From: Utricularia gibba | Taxonomy: Eukaryota > Plantae > Magnoliophyta | NCBI GenBank assembly: GCA_002189035.1 | Contig: NEEC01000018.1 | Coordinates: 1,798,001 to 1,862,000 of the forward strand | DNA length: 64,000 nt | Reading direction: 5' to 3' | Shown: in pieces, positions 36,800-51,600 of the stretch | Layout: the number at the start of each line of letters is the position of its first letter | Numbering within the stretch: the stretch's first letter is position 1 | Made by a program: the position numbers and the translations under genes | The notes under the pieces: model-generated | The model's input: only the letters and a program-made list of their open reading frames with translations | Told to the model about the DNA's origin: nothing | The model's database searches: none

Positions 36800-39700
36800 A
36801 TGGCTTCAGTTCTCAGTCCTAACATGCTATGGCCTCCTTGTATGGTTTTGAAATCAGAGAAAATGTTTCAGTCTAGGATTTCAATAAGGTGCTGTTATGG
36901 CAGAGATTCAGTTTCTGATGATCTTTTAAGAATCAATGGAGCAACTCGTGGAGTTTCTTCTCTTATCAAGGATGAGACTGAAAGATCAGGAGAAGGCCAT
37001 GTAAATCTGACAGTTGAAAAGCTGTTGAAGGATGAGAAAAAGTTGGAGCCTTTGTGGGATGATGGATACGGCGACACAAACGTGAAGGATTTTTTTGATT
37101 ATGCAGCTGATTTTATTAAACATGACAATGGGCCACCTCGATGGTTCACACCAGTCGCTTGTGGCCCTCATTTGAAGGATTCCCCTGCTTTGTTCTTCAT
37201 GGCGGGTACTTGTTGCAAGTTTCTATTGTTCATATGTTTCTTGATTGGGTTGTTTCCATGTGGTGTTACTGCCTTTCTTGAGTGGTATACTTTGTTTTTC
37301 CTTGCAGGTCTTGATGGTATTGGACTAGGCCTTACTCTGCATCACAAGTCTTTGGGAAAGTAAGTTCTAAGGAGATGGTGCTAGTTTTGTATTGTAGTCA
37401 TGCGTTTTAAATCTATGGGAAAGTTCCTTCACAAATTTGGTCCTATTGTGTTTAGGGTGTTTGATCTTTGGTGTCTACATATCCCAATAAAGGACCGAAC
37501 CCCATTTGCAGGTTCAAACTTTATGCTTCATATAGATATTTTGGCATCTGATTTCTTGTGAAATAATGACACAAGTTACAACATTACCATAATGTGTAGT
37601 GATGCTTCAGCTTTTATGGAGAAGAGTGTTGTTTCTACAGGTTTGGTGAGCTTGATTGAAGAAACTGTAAGAGCTCAGCACACACTGTCCCCAAATAAGC
37701 CAATTTATCTAGTTGGAGATTCCTTTGGTGGATGCTTGGCTCTGGCAATAGCAGCAAGAAATCCTGATATTGACCTTGTACTGATATTATCTAATCCAGG
37801 TCCTTCATGATTCACATACAGTGCTACCTGAGGAGTTTAATGCTATATAGAAAATTCATGGTAGGGGAATTTAACTTACAATTCATTCTTTCAGCAACTT
37901 CATTTGGCAGGTCAGAGCTCCAACCTCTGCTCCCTCTCTTGGTGTCCATGCCCGAGGAACTGCATGTAGCTGTTCCTTATTTGCTTTCCTTGGTTATGGG
38001 TAGGTATACATGATGATGAAAAGTTCATCTTGCTGGCTTAAGCTTATTTTATGAAAAAACTTACTCTTCTGTTAACCAGGTGATCCTATAAAAATGGCTC
38101 CGGTGGGCATCGAACCAGTAGCGCCTTCTCCACGATATTTTGAAGAGTTTGCCAAAAACCTTGCCTCCTTCGTCCCTAAGCTTTCTGTAAGCAAACTCTT
38201 ACATTACCTTCTTCATTTCAATGTTCAATAACACAATGAAACAAAAAGGAAAGCAAAAACCCAAAAAAAAAAAAAAAATGCCAACATCAAACTTTTGGAT
38301 GAAATGTGGCAGGTCATGGCTGATCTCATACCCAAAGAAAACCTTGATTGGAAATTGAAGCTCCTCAAAACCGGTTCAGCTTATGCTAGTTCTCGGCTTC
38401 ATGCCATTACAGCAGACGTCCTTGTTCTTGCAAGGTTGCTGCATGTCCTTTCTTCTATTTAATCTATGGTTCCCATTCTTCCGCTAGTGTTGAAGATGAT
38501 TCAGCACTTCCTCTTTGTGTGATTGTTCATTTAATGTGTTTTCACTTCATTTGCTTCCCTGCTCTTCCTCAGAGAAACATAGCTTCTTTATGTATACATT
38601 GAAGTATTTCCTATTTCTGCAGTGGCAAAGATAACATGCTTCCCAGCGGAGGAGAAGCTTGGAGGCTTTCGAGATCATTGAAGAACTGCACTGTACGGTA
38701 CTTCAAAGACCACAGTCATGCTCTTCTACTGGTAAGTGGTGACTCTGCTATTTAGCAGCATCAGTGTCTCTCTCATTTTCTATTCAAATCCGGCTTTCCT
38801 CACTGCAGGAGGATGGTGTTAATCTCTTGAGTGTCATCAAAAGTACTTGCTTCTACCGCCGTTCAAGGAAGCATGATTACATCCATGACTTCATACCTCC
38901 CAGTATGTCTGAGTTCAAGCAGGACAGACTAGGGTACTCTCATTGCTTCTGAGACCTTGAACCTTTAGATTCTGTGCACAATAGTCTCTGAGATGTGTTA
39001 CTCTCTTCTCATATCCTGAGAGCAGATATAAATGGTTTGAACGTATCACATCTCCAGTGATGTATTCTACTGCTGAAGATGGAAGCATAATGAGGGGGCT
39101 TGGAGGTGTTCCTACAGAAGGGCCAGTCTTGCTGATAGGTTACCACATGCTTCTTGGTCTAGAGATCATTCCATTGATTATACAGATTCTGAAGGAGAAG
39201 AAGATCATGGTTCGTGGGATGGCTCATCCTTCCCTCTTCACTGCTCTCGATGATGGGAACCAAGAGTCTCCAGTCCTGGAAAGTGTCAGGTTGTTGGACA
39301 ACATCAGACTCTTTGGCGCTGTACCTGTGACTCCAACCAATCTTTTCAGATTGCTCGAAGCAAGGTCGCATATCCTGCTGTATCCCGGTGGTATCCGGGA
39401 GGCATGCCACCGAAAGGTATGCTTGATTGAGTATTGTTTCAGATGATCTTCCAAGCAGTGGCATGTTACAGATCATTTTTCATCATCAGGGTGAAGAGTA
39501 TAAGCTCTTTTGGCCTGATCAGCCAGAGTTTGTTCGTATGGCTGCAAAGTTCGGTGCCAAAATCGTACCGTTCGGAGCCATTGGAGAAGACGACGTAGCA
39601 GAGGTAGCTCTTTGTGCATAACTTCTATGCTTACAATTCTCAGCTTTGCATTGCCCACCATCCCATTGAGCTGCAGATAGCATTGGACTATGATGACCTG

Positions 39701-40126
39701 ATGAAGGTCCCAATCCTGAGGGATGGAATAAGGAAGTTAAACGATGAAGCTGTATCCAACGTCAGGTATGCAGCCTTCATGTCATGGTAAAAGACTCGGA
39801 CCTGGAGTGAAGTTCTTTCTTGCAGGGCTGGAGTGAGCGGGGAGGTGGCTAATCAGCCTGCTCATGTGCCTTTTCTCCTACCAAAGATACCAGGCCGGGT
39901 GTACTACTACTTCGGCAAGGCGATCGAAACAAGAGGGCGATTCAATGGGGTGAATGACAAGGAAAAGGCAAGGGAGCTCTACTTGGAAGTGAAATCACAA
40001 GTGGAGGCAAACATGGAGTTCTTGCTGAAGAAGAGAAGTGGGGATCCTTACCGGAACATAGTTGATAGGACCATTTACCAGGCGTTCAATGCATCCGCAG
40101 ATGAAGTGCCTGCTTTTGAACCCTGA
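36800..40126 (+). CDS. PES1: Phytyl ester synthase / plastid acyltransferase (esterase + DAGAT domains)
   Basis: DNGPPRWFTP, GLDGIGLGLTLHH, YLVGDSFGG lipase motif, GPVLLIGYHML, LLYPGGIREACHRK, LPKIPGRVYYYFGK. Confidence 0.9.
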
Positions 40127-40542
40127 GGACAAGAGGAGAAAAATCTCATATACATATACTCATAGATGTGGATTCTACAAGTAACTACCTACACAGTGAG
40201 GTAATGCACATCCTTCTTGCATTTTCTGGATCAATTGATTACAAATGCTAGATGAAGATGGCACTGGAGTCAATCTAATAAGTGATATGGAAAACATAAT
40301 TTGGTTTTATGTATACACTTTGCAACAGTAGCAGTGGAATACTCTGATTCTTTTGTATGTGTGCCGCGAGGCTGAGAAGCTGGGGAACATAATATTAATA
40401 ACAGATTTTAACCAAATTGGATAAACAAGGTCTCAGTTGTTTCACTGTCTCGTATTAAAATGCAGAACAAAAAAGCATCTGAAATGAGTGAAACCACCAA
40501 TCTTGGAAATGGCCAACACCGATACGCTATTCTGGTAATAAA

Positions 40543-41505
<963 letters not shown>

Positions 41506-41770
41506 CTCGGAAGGTTGGCACGCAGTACACCCGCAGCCGCGCCTACACCTAACCTGAAGATGAAGAGCGTAAATGAATAACGGAAGTTTATTAGGGTTTC
41601 CTATTGAAACTAATGGGCCTCTTTATTTGAGCTGTTTTGGATCCAAGTACCCAATGGGCTTCTTGTTGAACTGGGCTAGTGAGCAATGTTGGGCCCATGT
41701 TTTTTTGGTATAAAAACCGAATTGGTAACTGACTACTCGCGGGAGAACTGAGAAGGTTGAAGTGGAATCA
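41506..41770. promoter_or_regulatory. 265-bp bidirectional promoter (RPL37/DDX11) with a telo-box and four site II motifs
   Basis: TTAGGGTTT at 41591; TGGGCY at 41614, 41655, 41672 and 41690. Confidence 0.75.
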
Positions 41771-44700
41771 ATGGAGAACGGCGAAGTGAATTTCCCTGCA
41801 TTTCCATATGAACCGTATCCCATTCAAGTGGATTTCATGAAATTTTTGTATCAGTCAATGGAACGAGGAGGAATTTCAATGCTCGAGAGTCCGACTGGTA
41901 CGTGTTTCTTCTTGAAAAATGTTTTTTTTTTGACGTAATGCGTGGCGCTTTTATTGAGCTAACCGACTAACCTTTTATTTTTGATACAGGGACAGGGAAA
42001 ACCTTAAGTGTTATATGTAGCGCACTACAATGGCTTGTCGATAAGAAGAAAAAAGGGATTGTTTTGTGTGATGGGAAAGAAAAGGAGGATGGGGTTGATG
42101 AGGATGGTGATGATCCGGATTGGATTAGGAATTTTGTGCCAAATAAGGGGCATGATGTGAGTGAAAGGAAGTCCGTAATGCCAAAGAAAATAATGGGATC
42201 TTTTTCTGAGGATAAAATGGAAAAGTGTAGTAAGGAGGTGGGGAGGATGGAGAAAACAAATGGGTTGGATGAGGAAGATATGGGTGAGTTTTTGTTGGAG
42301 GATTATGACAGTGGGGAAGATATGGGTGGGAAATCAAAACGTAAGAACATTGGAGCGGATGATTCTTCTTCAAGCGAGGAAGAAGAGGAGGAAGAGACAA
42401 AATTGAAGGTTTATTTTTGCAGTCGGACACATTCACAGCTTTCACAGTTTATGAAAGAGCTGAGGAAGACTACATTTGCTTGTGAGCTGAAGACTGTATG
42501 CTTGGGATCCCGGAAGAATTTCTGCATTAATGAAGGTATCGATGTCTGCTAGTTAAATTGTGGGCCGCATCGTGCAGTGCAGGTGTTTATTTATCAGAAT
42601 TCTCAACCTTAGGTGTCCTAAAGCTCCGGTCATTGGCTCGTATAAATGAGACATGCCTGGAGCTTCAAAAGCAGAAGAAATCTGGTGTTGCTAAGCAGAA
42701 GGTATATTGAACATACTTCCTGATTAGTTTACGATATTCCATTTGATAATATATGGTCATCATTCAATTCTATGGCTTGCTTCAAATGATGCTTGTGGCC
42801 TATGATTTGCTTCAAAATAACTCTCATTTGATCAAACTGCGCATGCTGATTACCAGACATTGGTTGCTAGAAAAGGCAGGAATCGCAACAAGGGTGCTTG
42901 TGGATGCCCAATGCTAAGAAGACAAAAAATTGAGGAATTCAGAGATGAGGTTAGCAGGCAACAGGCTCTGGATATTGAAGATCTTGTTAACATTGGGCGT
43001 AGCTTGGGAAGTTGCCCGTATTATGGTTCAAGAAGAATGATACCCATGGCTGACCTAGTAGTTCTTCCTTATCAATCTCTTCTTTCTAAGTCATCACGTG
43101 AATCATTAGGTCTAAGGTTAAAGGGGAGTGTTGTGATCATAGATGAGGCACATAATCTGGCTGATGCTTTAATTAGTATGCATGATGCAAAAGTTACTCT
43201 GCCTCAGGTAAATCCTCCTCTCACAACCTTCTGCTGTATGATTGCTACATGGTTTCCATGTTATGGTAACTCTATCCATCCTTTTTTTAGTCCTTTGTTT
43301 TCCTGTGCAGCTGAAAATGTTGCAGTGTCACCTGGAGAAATATTACCTAAGATTTTGTGATCTTTTGGGTCCAGCAAATAGGCGATACATACAGATTCTT
43401 AAAATTCTGGTTGGAGCATTTATAAAAATTCTTTGTGACGAGATGAAAGCTATGAAGTACTTTTGCCCCAGGTGTGATGCTGGGAGAACTACAGGTGCTT
43501 CGGTTTCTACAATGACCATCAACGAGTTCTTGTTTTCCTTGAACATTGATAACATAAACCTCTACAAAGTACTGCAATACATGAAAGAAACGAACATAAT
43601 GTATAAGGCAAGTGATTTATTTTTACCCTGCTAACATTGGTCCAGATCAGCCCTTGTTTGTGGTTCAAATCTTTCTTTTTCACTGTAGATCAGCGGGTAT
43701 GGCGATAAAGTTGCAGCCTCTCAAGAAATTCCAACTCCTGGAAATGATAGAGAAGATAGTGAAGAGGAAGGCGCCATTACTTGTTTTAGAGCTTTTTCTA
43801 GTATTCTTTCTTCTTTAGTAAACAATGATACCGCTGGAAAAATTTTCATAGCAAGGCCCCAGACAACTGCTACCGGTGCTGAAGGTTATATCAAGTATGT
43901 TATGCTTACTGGTGAGAAGATATTTTCCGAGGTTTGTCTTAAGTCATATTGTTTTGTTTAATAGGGTTTGTAAATTTCTTCTTAGTGATTATGTAGATAT
44001 TTTTCCTAGATTTCCAATGAAGCTCATTCCATTGTATTAATTGGAGGAACGCTGCAACCTATCGAAGAGACAAGGGAGAGACTCTTCCCGTCACTGCAAC
44101 TAGATAAACTGCAATTTTTTTCATGTGGTCACATAGTCCCTTCGGAAAATATTTTGCCTGTAGCTGTTAAGCATGGTCCATCTGGAAAATCCTTTGATTT
44201 TAGCTACAAAATGCGAAGCTCGTCAACAATGGTGAGATGCCATCGGTTTCATTTCATCTTTGTGACATGGGACCAATTTCATGCTAAATCAGAGTTTGTA
44301 AGATTTCATTGTGTATTGTTGGACTTTATCGCAGATTCAAGAGCTGGGCCTTCTGCTTTGCAATCTAGCAAGTGTTGTACCTGAAGGCATCGTTGTATTT
44401 TTCTCGTCATTTGATTATGAAAACCAGGTATATTCATCATGGAAGAGTTCAGGAATCCTTTCACGGATAATGAAGAAGAAGCATATTTTCAGAGAGCCTA
44501 GAAGAAGTACGGACATTGACGCTTTCTTGAGGGAATACAAAGACAAGATTGAATGTTCCTACAATTCATATCCAGGTTCATGCACCGGTGCTCTTCTTCT
44601 TGCTGTTGTTGGTGGGAAGGTGTCTGAAGGTATCAATTTTAGTGACGGGGCAGGCCGTTGCATTGTGATGGTGGGATTACCTTATCCTAGCCCATCAGAC

Positions 44701-45217
44701 ATTGTGTTGATCGAGAGAGTGAAGCACATTGAGGGTCTTGAGAAACATGTTTGGACCAACAACGTGGATCCTTCACTTTGTCCTGAATGTCAGGAAGCTG
44801 ATCCAGAGACAGGGTTTCGCATCCTCCGAAGTTGCAAAGGCAGAGGAAAGGAATACTATGAAAACATTTGCATGAAAGCCGTAAACCAATGCATTGGTAA
44901 GTGCTAGCAAGTTTTCCCTTGAGGTTGGAACTTATGCTTAGTCTCGTCATCTGTTACTTCTTCGTGTTCCAGGAAGAGCAATTCGACATGCAAATGATTA
45001 TGCTGCCATCTTGTTGGTGGATGCACGCTATTCTTCGGAATCCACAGAAAACAGTTTTTCGCACCCTACTCACAAGCTGCCCCAGTGGATTAAGCGCCAG
45101 CTGGTTACTAAAACTTCCAACTACGGAGAGGTGCAAAAAAAGCTGCACCAGTTCTTCAAATTCCACCGAAGGAAGGAAGAGCAGTTTGAAGAACTCAAAG
45201 CAGCTGCACATAAATGA
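41771..45217 (+). CDS. DDX11: Fe-S DNA helicase DDX11/ChlR1/CHL1
   Basis: FPAFPYEPYPIQ, LESPTG|TGKT, CSRTHSQLSQF, GSCPYY, IIDEAHNL, GGKVSEGINFSD, MKAVNQCIGRAIRH. Confidence 0.95.
43608..43688 (+). other. GC-AG intron in DDX11
   Basis: TATAAG|GCAAGT...CTGTAG|ATC keeps frame; strong AG|GCAAGT consensus. Confidence 0.8.
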
Positions 45218-46528
45218 TGAATTCCATTCTTTTTCCTCGTACGAAGATTGTTGAACACCATACCAGAGAATAGCCTTGGCATACGTGAAGTTTAAAGGTG
45301 ATTTTGGAGTTGAATTTTATCACAATACAATTTTTTCTTTTGCAGAATCTGTTGGCATGTCTTCGGTGAAGGATCCAAATATAGAAGCTTTTTATTTTTA
45401 GTTGGCTAGTAAGCCAAGATCTGGTTAGCGCATTCACAAGAGAGCATTCATATCTTGCTTTCTTGTGTCCTATGAGACAAAAAAAAAATGGTGTTTAATG
45501 CTTTCCTACAGCTCATATGCTTATTTTGGACTGATTCCCCATGTGGGACGCATTCTTCTCGTTGAGTTTTACTTCAAGTGAAACAAACTACGTGAAATGC
45601 GAGGTTGTTAGGTTGCATATTGGTCATATCAAAAAAATCAACAGGCACCAAATACACTACCAGGAGACATGTAAAACTCCATTCCACCTTCCGTAAGGAG
45701 ATCCCATCTATGCCTTCTCGAATATTACACGACTATCAAGATTTCATGCTTCAACCAATGTAAGATGTGTTGGCATTGCTTTTTTTTTCCCCCCTTCAAA
45801 AATTTTGTTAACACTGTGTATGCAGTTAGGATAGGGTGGGCGTGTTTAACTGCATGAAAGGGACGAGTGAGAGCATATTTAGGATGGGCTGGACCCTCAC
45901 CTCACTTTTCAACCAACATGAGGCCGAGGTGGGTAACTTTTGTGGGGGTCCAAAGATCCCCCTCCCCTATGCTACATTGGACATACTCTTATTCTTTTAA
46001 TGTAATATTTTATTGTTACATAGTTCTGCAAGTACATGTGATTGATTCTGGGGCACCATCTTATGTCTTCCTCAGAATGCATCCCACTCTCTGACTGTGA
46101 GTGAAGCCCCTAGACCATTCCGGACCCTCCCTCCCTCCCGGACCCTTAAGTAGTGCAAATGTTGGTGTGTGAAATGTTATACCATAATGAAAGCAACGAA
46201 ATATAATGATGAATCCACTCTGAAGATGAATGTACCATCTCTGTGACATCATTTTTTGGAGTGCTTTTATCAGCTGGCTCAATAATATTAAAAGCTTTTC
46301 TTTGGCAGCGCAGTTTTTCATATTACTTTGCATTTATGTCCCCATGTACAGTTCCATTCTCGTTGATGCAAGAGGTTGGTGGTGACCATTAAATGAAGGA
46401 CCATCTTCATTGATATATGACTAGAGGAACCACAACTCTTCATTTTCTTTTGCTGTTGGTTTCGGGCTCCTCAAAATCAAAAACCTTTCTTGTTCTCTTG
46501 CTTCAAACTTCTGCAGATAAAGAAGAAG

Positions 46529-47116
46529 ATGAGTGGCAACGGCAACAAATGGTTGAGATCAGAAAAGGGAATCAAAGAAAGAATCTCAAAGACCAGGAAC
46601 GTGTTCAACAGAGCTTTTAGAAGCCTCGCTTCTTTAGCAGCCATGGGGTACAACAAACTTCCCAAGCCTCTCTTCCCAAACCAAGCCAGCAGAAACAAGA
46701 CTCACAGGGTGGATGCCTTCAACACAAGCTGTTTCTCTGAACAATGTGAAGCTGAGCGCTCAGACATGACACAAGATAACATCAGCAGCTGGAGAAATCC
46801 TTCAGATTTCGACTACAAGCTTGCGGATGAGTGGCCCAACCGGGGTGCAGATGGGTTGGCAAGGAAGATGAAGGAGATGGACATGATGGGTGTGAACGAG
46901 ATGGACCATGTGCTGGATATAGAGGAGGCTCTGGGCTACTACTCCAGGCTTACATGCCCTGCATACCAGCAAATTGTTGACAAGTTTCTGATGGACATGT
47001 ACCTGGAGCTCTATGAGAATCAGCCAAGGAGCCTCAGCAGCTCAATGAGGAAACCAGGTAGGAATAGCAGTAGCCTTCGTGGTTCCATGAGAAGTCTCGG
47101 TCCGGTTAAGCTGTAG
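46529..47116 (+). CDS. Uncharacterised protein with a divergent OVATE-like C-terminal domain
   Basis: GYNKLPK N-terminal motif and LARKMKEMDMM..MDHVLDIEEALGYYSRLTCPAYQQIVDKFLMDMY, parallel to the OVATE DLEELL.CYL.LN pattern. A possible acceptor at 46516 makes the start uncertain. Confidence 0.7.
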   Translation: MSGNGNKWLRSEKGIKERISKTRNVFNRAFRSLASLAAMGYNKLPKPLFPNQASRNKTHRVDAFNTSCFSEQCEAERSDMTQDNISSWRNPSDFDYKLADEWPNRGADGLARKMKEMDMMGVNEMDHVLDIEEALGYYSRLTCPAYQQIVDKFLMDMYLELYENQPRSLSSSMRKPGRNSSSLRGSMRSLGPVKL

Positions 47117-47402
47117 AGATAGTGTTGTGGAGCATTAATGATTCCTTCTCCATGTGCATATCACAATTGTTCATCTGATTCCAGGCAACATGCATCTCTC
47201 TCCCACCACAAGGACCAAGAAACCAAATTAACCGCCAAAAACTGTCACTTGAGTTTCAGTTTTTGAACTGGTTTTCCAAGTTTTTCTATGAAAATTTATT
47301 AAGTACCATTCAGGTGTCCATCAATCAGAATTCAACGTATTGAATAGAGTTGAACCGGGTTTGGGTGCGGGTTGAACCGCTTCTCAGGTTTTTTCACTTG
47401 TA

Positions 47403-47451
47403 TGGGCCAGGCCCAATAATAGTAGGCATTGATTTTGATTTTTACGGCCCA
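47403..47451. promoter_or_regulatory. Site II cluster, CFM3 promoter
   Basis: TGGGCC at 47403, GGCCCA at 47410 and 47446, about 100-150 nt upstream of the ATG. Confidence 0.55.
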
Positions 47452-47551
47452 GGTCCATGCTGAATATTTTAGAAAATAAAGAAATAACAAAAAAGGAGCT
47501 TATCGCCATCATCTTCGGAGTTCGCTCTGGTGAGAGCTTTACCGCCCAACA

Positions 47552-50500
47552 ATGGCGGTTTCAACTGTCGGAATGGCGGAACTGCCGCCACACCTTCTGC
47601 ACACATTCTGTTTCCGCCGCATGGGGCCGCCACAGCTCTATTTACTTGTCGTGAAACCTTTCTCTTCTTCTCCCGGTTCGGCTAGATTGCCTGCTGGAGT
47701 GCGCCGTGTACAAGAATTATCTTCGCGTCAGTCTTGTGGGATACAGAAATGGCCTGTACATATCGCGCAAGCTTCTAAAGCGCCATATTCGCAGAGTAAG
47801 AGAACAGAGGAGAAGCCCGATACGACGCCCACTCGGACGACGGCGATTGATCGGATTGTGCTTCGGTTGAGGAATTTGGGGTTGGGTTCTGATGAAGAAG
47901 CTGGGGAAAGAAGGTTGAATGAGACGGGGTTGAGTTCGGAAAATTCTAATGATGCAGGGATTGATGAATTTGGCGATGAGAAGTTGGGAGATTTGTTGAA
48001 GAGGGATTGGATTAGACCAGATACTATCCTGGATGAAGATGAGGATTCCGACTCTGATCTATTGCCTTGGGAGAGGAGTGGGAACGAGAATGAGGAATTA
48101 GAAGATAAGTTTTCAGGGAAAAAACACCAAATGCGGGCTCCCACTTTGGCTGAGTTGACGATAGAAGACGAGGAGTTGAGGAGGTTGAGGAGAATGGGTA
48201 TGACTTTAAGGGAGAGGATAAGTGTTCCAAAGGCTGGAATCACAGGCTCGATCTTGGAGAAGATTCATGAGAAATGGAAGAAGTCCGAGCTGGTGCGATT
48301 GAAATTTCACGAAGAATTGGCTCATGATATGAAAACTGCGCATGAGATTGTCGAGGTTGGTCAGAATTTTATTGGAGTTTTTCAGACTCATTTTATTTTT
48401 GATTGTGGTCTTGAGAAATGAACACCAAATTAAAAATATTTTTAATTGTGTTCTCGAGTTACAACGTTTAAGAGAGTTTCTTAAAATAGAGAATTTGTAG
48501 TTGTAAATCGAGTTACCAGATTCTGATGAAGTTTATTCTTCTTGGTTGGCATGGTTATTGTCAAAGAATGTTTTGCATCACGTTAAAAGTTGAATTAGTT
48601 TGTGTTTTGGCCCTCAACTGAATGATGTGTCTTGTTTTATGACTAAGAAGGAACTACATGGCAATTGTTTTTGTGTTGTCAGCGAAGAACAGGAGGCCTT
48701 GTTACATGGAGGTCAGGAAGCGTTATGGTGGTGTTTAGAGGGCTCGACTATAAAGGCCCTGTGGCAAGACCCCAGAGAGTGAACATTGAAGATGATGGTC
48801 TTTTTGTTCCTACTGCTCCTTCAAATACTGATGAAGTTTCGCAAGATTCTGATGACAAGGCCTTAGCTGTTGTGAAGTCCATTCATTCTATGTCTACCCG
48901 CATTGAAGACATGACAGAAGAAGAAGCGGAATACAATAAGCTATTGGATGATTTAGGGCCACGGTTCGAAGACTGGTGGGGTACTGGGGTACTTCCAGTG
49001 GATGCTGATTTGCTCCCTCCGACTATTCCTGGATATAAGACACCTTTTAGGCTTCTTCCAACTGGAATGCGTTCAAGATTAACAAATGCAGAAATGACTA
49101 ACTTAAGGAAACTTTCGAAGTCTCTTCCTAGCCATTTTGCTTTGGGTACATTTTCTCTTTCCACTCTTTCAAATTGCTACCATGTGTTGATGACTTTCTT
49201 CATTAACCTTTCAGGTAGAAACAGAAATCATCAAGGATTGGCATTATCCATAATTAAACTTTGGGAGAAAAGTTTGCTTGTAAAAATTGCTGTAAAGCGT
49301 GGAATTCAGAACACCAACAACAAGATCATGGCTGAGGAATTGAAGGTATGCTGTACTGATTATTCGTCTGTTAAAAATACTCTGCAGATGATGCATGTGA
49401 CCTGCCCCTCAATAGTTTAGTCTAATCTTGTACGAATGTCCTCTGCATACGGTATTTGCTTTCAGATGCCACTTTTCCGTTAATATATGTGACTGGCCAT
49501 ATGAATAGTATATGAGGAATGGCATAGCCTAAATAGCAAATTTTTGTGCATATTTTTCCACTGTCGTAGAAGAGCTTGTCATTTTAGTTCTAATGTGTGT
49601 TTTCTGTTGTTCAATTTTTAGTGTAATTTGATATTTCTGAGCTATTTACTTCCACCTATTTTCCTCTGTAGAAATTAACTGGGGGAGTCTTACTTTTGAG
49701 GAACAAATATTACATAGTTATGTATCGGGGGAAGGATTTTCTACCTCCTGCGGTTGCTGCTGCTTTAGCAGAAAGGCATCAAATGACAAAGAAAATACAA
49801 GATGTTGAAGAGAATGTTCGACAAGGACCAGCTTCACTGGTGAAAACTGAAGAAATGAAAGCGCCAGTGGGTACATTATCTGAGTTTTATGAGGCTCAGG
49901 CCTCCTGGGGAGTGGAAGTGTCTCCTGAGGACCGTAAAAAAATGATCCAGGAGGCATCTAGATCCCGCCATATGAAAATAGTTAATCGCCTTGAGCGTAA
50001 GATAGCAATTGTAAGTCTTCATTTTGGATATGTTGCACTATTGAATAGTTCTCTAAATTAGTTTATTGGTTTGCTTGATATTTTCTGTTTTGAGATTTCA
50101 TGTTTACTATCTGATTATTCTTATTGCTGATGCGCAAGAAAAAGCCAAACTGAAGAATTGCAGCATTTCAGCGTACATTTTTTGATTGAATGATTCTCGC
50201 AGGCACAGGCAAAGAAACTCAAAGCAGAAAAATTGTTGTCTAAAATAATGGATTCTTGGGCCCCTATCAGTCCTTCGGATGACCAGGAGACGATTACAGA
50301 TGAGGAAAGAGTTATGTTCCGTCGGGTTGGACTACGGATGACTCCATACTTACCACTAGGTTACTTTCCACCATCATCAAATGCCTTAAAATTTTCAGAG
50401 GATGAAGTTGAATATATTGCTTGTGACCTTTTTCTCAGGAATTCGTGGTATCTTTGATGGTGTTATTGAGAATATGCACCTTCATTGGAAACACAGAGAA

Positions 50501-51541
50501 CTTGTCAAGTTAATATCGAAGGAAAAGGAATTTTCCTTTGTTGAAGAAACAGCTCGTCTACTCGAATATGAGAGTGGTGGAATTTTAGTTTCAATTGAAA
50601 AAGCTACAAAAGGCCACATTTTGATCTACTATCGTGGCAAGAATTATCGTCGGCCGCTCACTTTGAGGCCAAGAAACCTTCTAACAAAAGCAAAAGCACT
50701 GAAGCGAAGGGTGGCCCTGCAGAGATATGAAGTGATTTCTACTAACTTCTAGTTCAAGTTTAACTTCTTGAGAATTCCTTGTATCTCAGCGTGCCCCCTT
50801 TTTTTGTTTGTTTAGGCTATCAGCCAGCACATATCAGAACTGGAGAAAACAATTGCCCAGACGAAGAAGGAAATGGTAATTACCTTGCAGAATTAACATT
50901 ATATGGCTTTTTATGGATCGAAGTATAAAAAGGATTGAATCTAGGTCTTATTATCGTAGCTACTGTAGTCTGTATGAATAAAGAAATTGTTTTTATTTTT
51001 CAGCGTTAAGATAGTGTTTTCTCAATCTCCCCAGACATTTTCTATGAAGACCATGCGAAATATTTCTTCTCTTCCTGCTGCAGAATTCTCTCAAACCCAA
51101 TAATCTGTCATCGCCATAATACTTGCTGCAAAACCATCCGTTTGTGGTTGTGTTTCTTTCTAATGCATTGCATGTCATATTTCCAACAGATGAAATTTGA
51201 GGTTACAGAAAACGACCTATCAGAGAACAATGGCCAGTTCTATGGCGCCTCCCTAACCTACGAAGTAAGATGAGTATTGGCTTCTTTATATAAGCATGAC
51301 TATTAATTAGATTAGCCTTGCTGTTTTACAACCTACTCTATAAACCCGGTTGGAGTTAAGAAATGCGATGCAAGTCCGTTTCAGCTGCCGGCTGTTTAAC
51401 ATAAGCATTCTGCTGCAAAGAAATACATAGGCAAAGTTTTCTTTCTGTTGTGCAAAGGATTCTGATGAAGCTTCGGATGCTGGTTCTGATGAGGATGAAT
51501 ATGAGGACGAGGATGAGGATGAGGATGATGATGATGATGAT

Positions 51542-51572
<31 letters not shown>

Positions 51573-51600
51573 AGATGACTCAGAGTTCCACGGTTCATGA
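47552..51600 (+). CDS. CFM3: Chloroplast CRM-domain group II intron splicing factor CFM3-like; apparent frameshift in the acidic tail (as assembled the frame ends at 51628)
   Basis: TAIDRIVLRLRNLGLG, three CRM domains (ELVRLKF..ERRTGG..WRSGS; LWEKSLLVKIAVKRG; GIRGIFDGVIENMHLHWKHRELVK), DDLLDDLGPRF-like LLDDLGPRFEDWWG, D/E-rich tail. Confidence 0.9.
51487..51578 (+). repeat. Coding (GAT/GAG)n trinucleotide repeat interrupted by TG
   Basis: GATGAGGATGAA...(GAT)n TG (GAT)n GAAGATGAC read directly. Confidence 0.9.

Noticed and set aside
45539-45549. snRNA/7SL USE element GTCCCACATGG on the minus strand
   Set aside because: No TATA box at Pol II or Pol III spacing and no recognisable snRNA body downstream.
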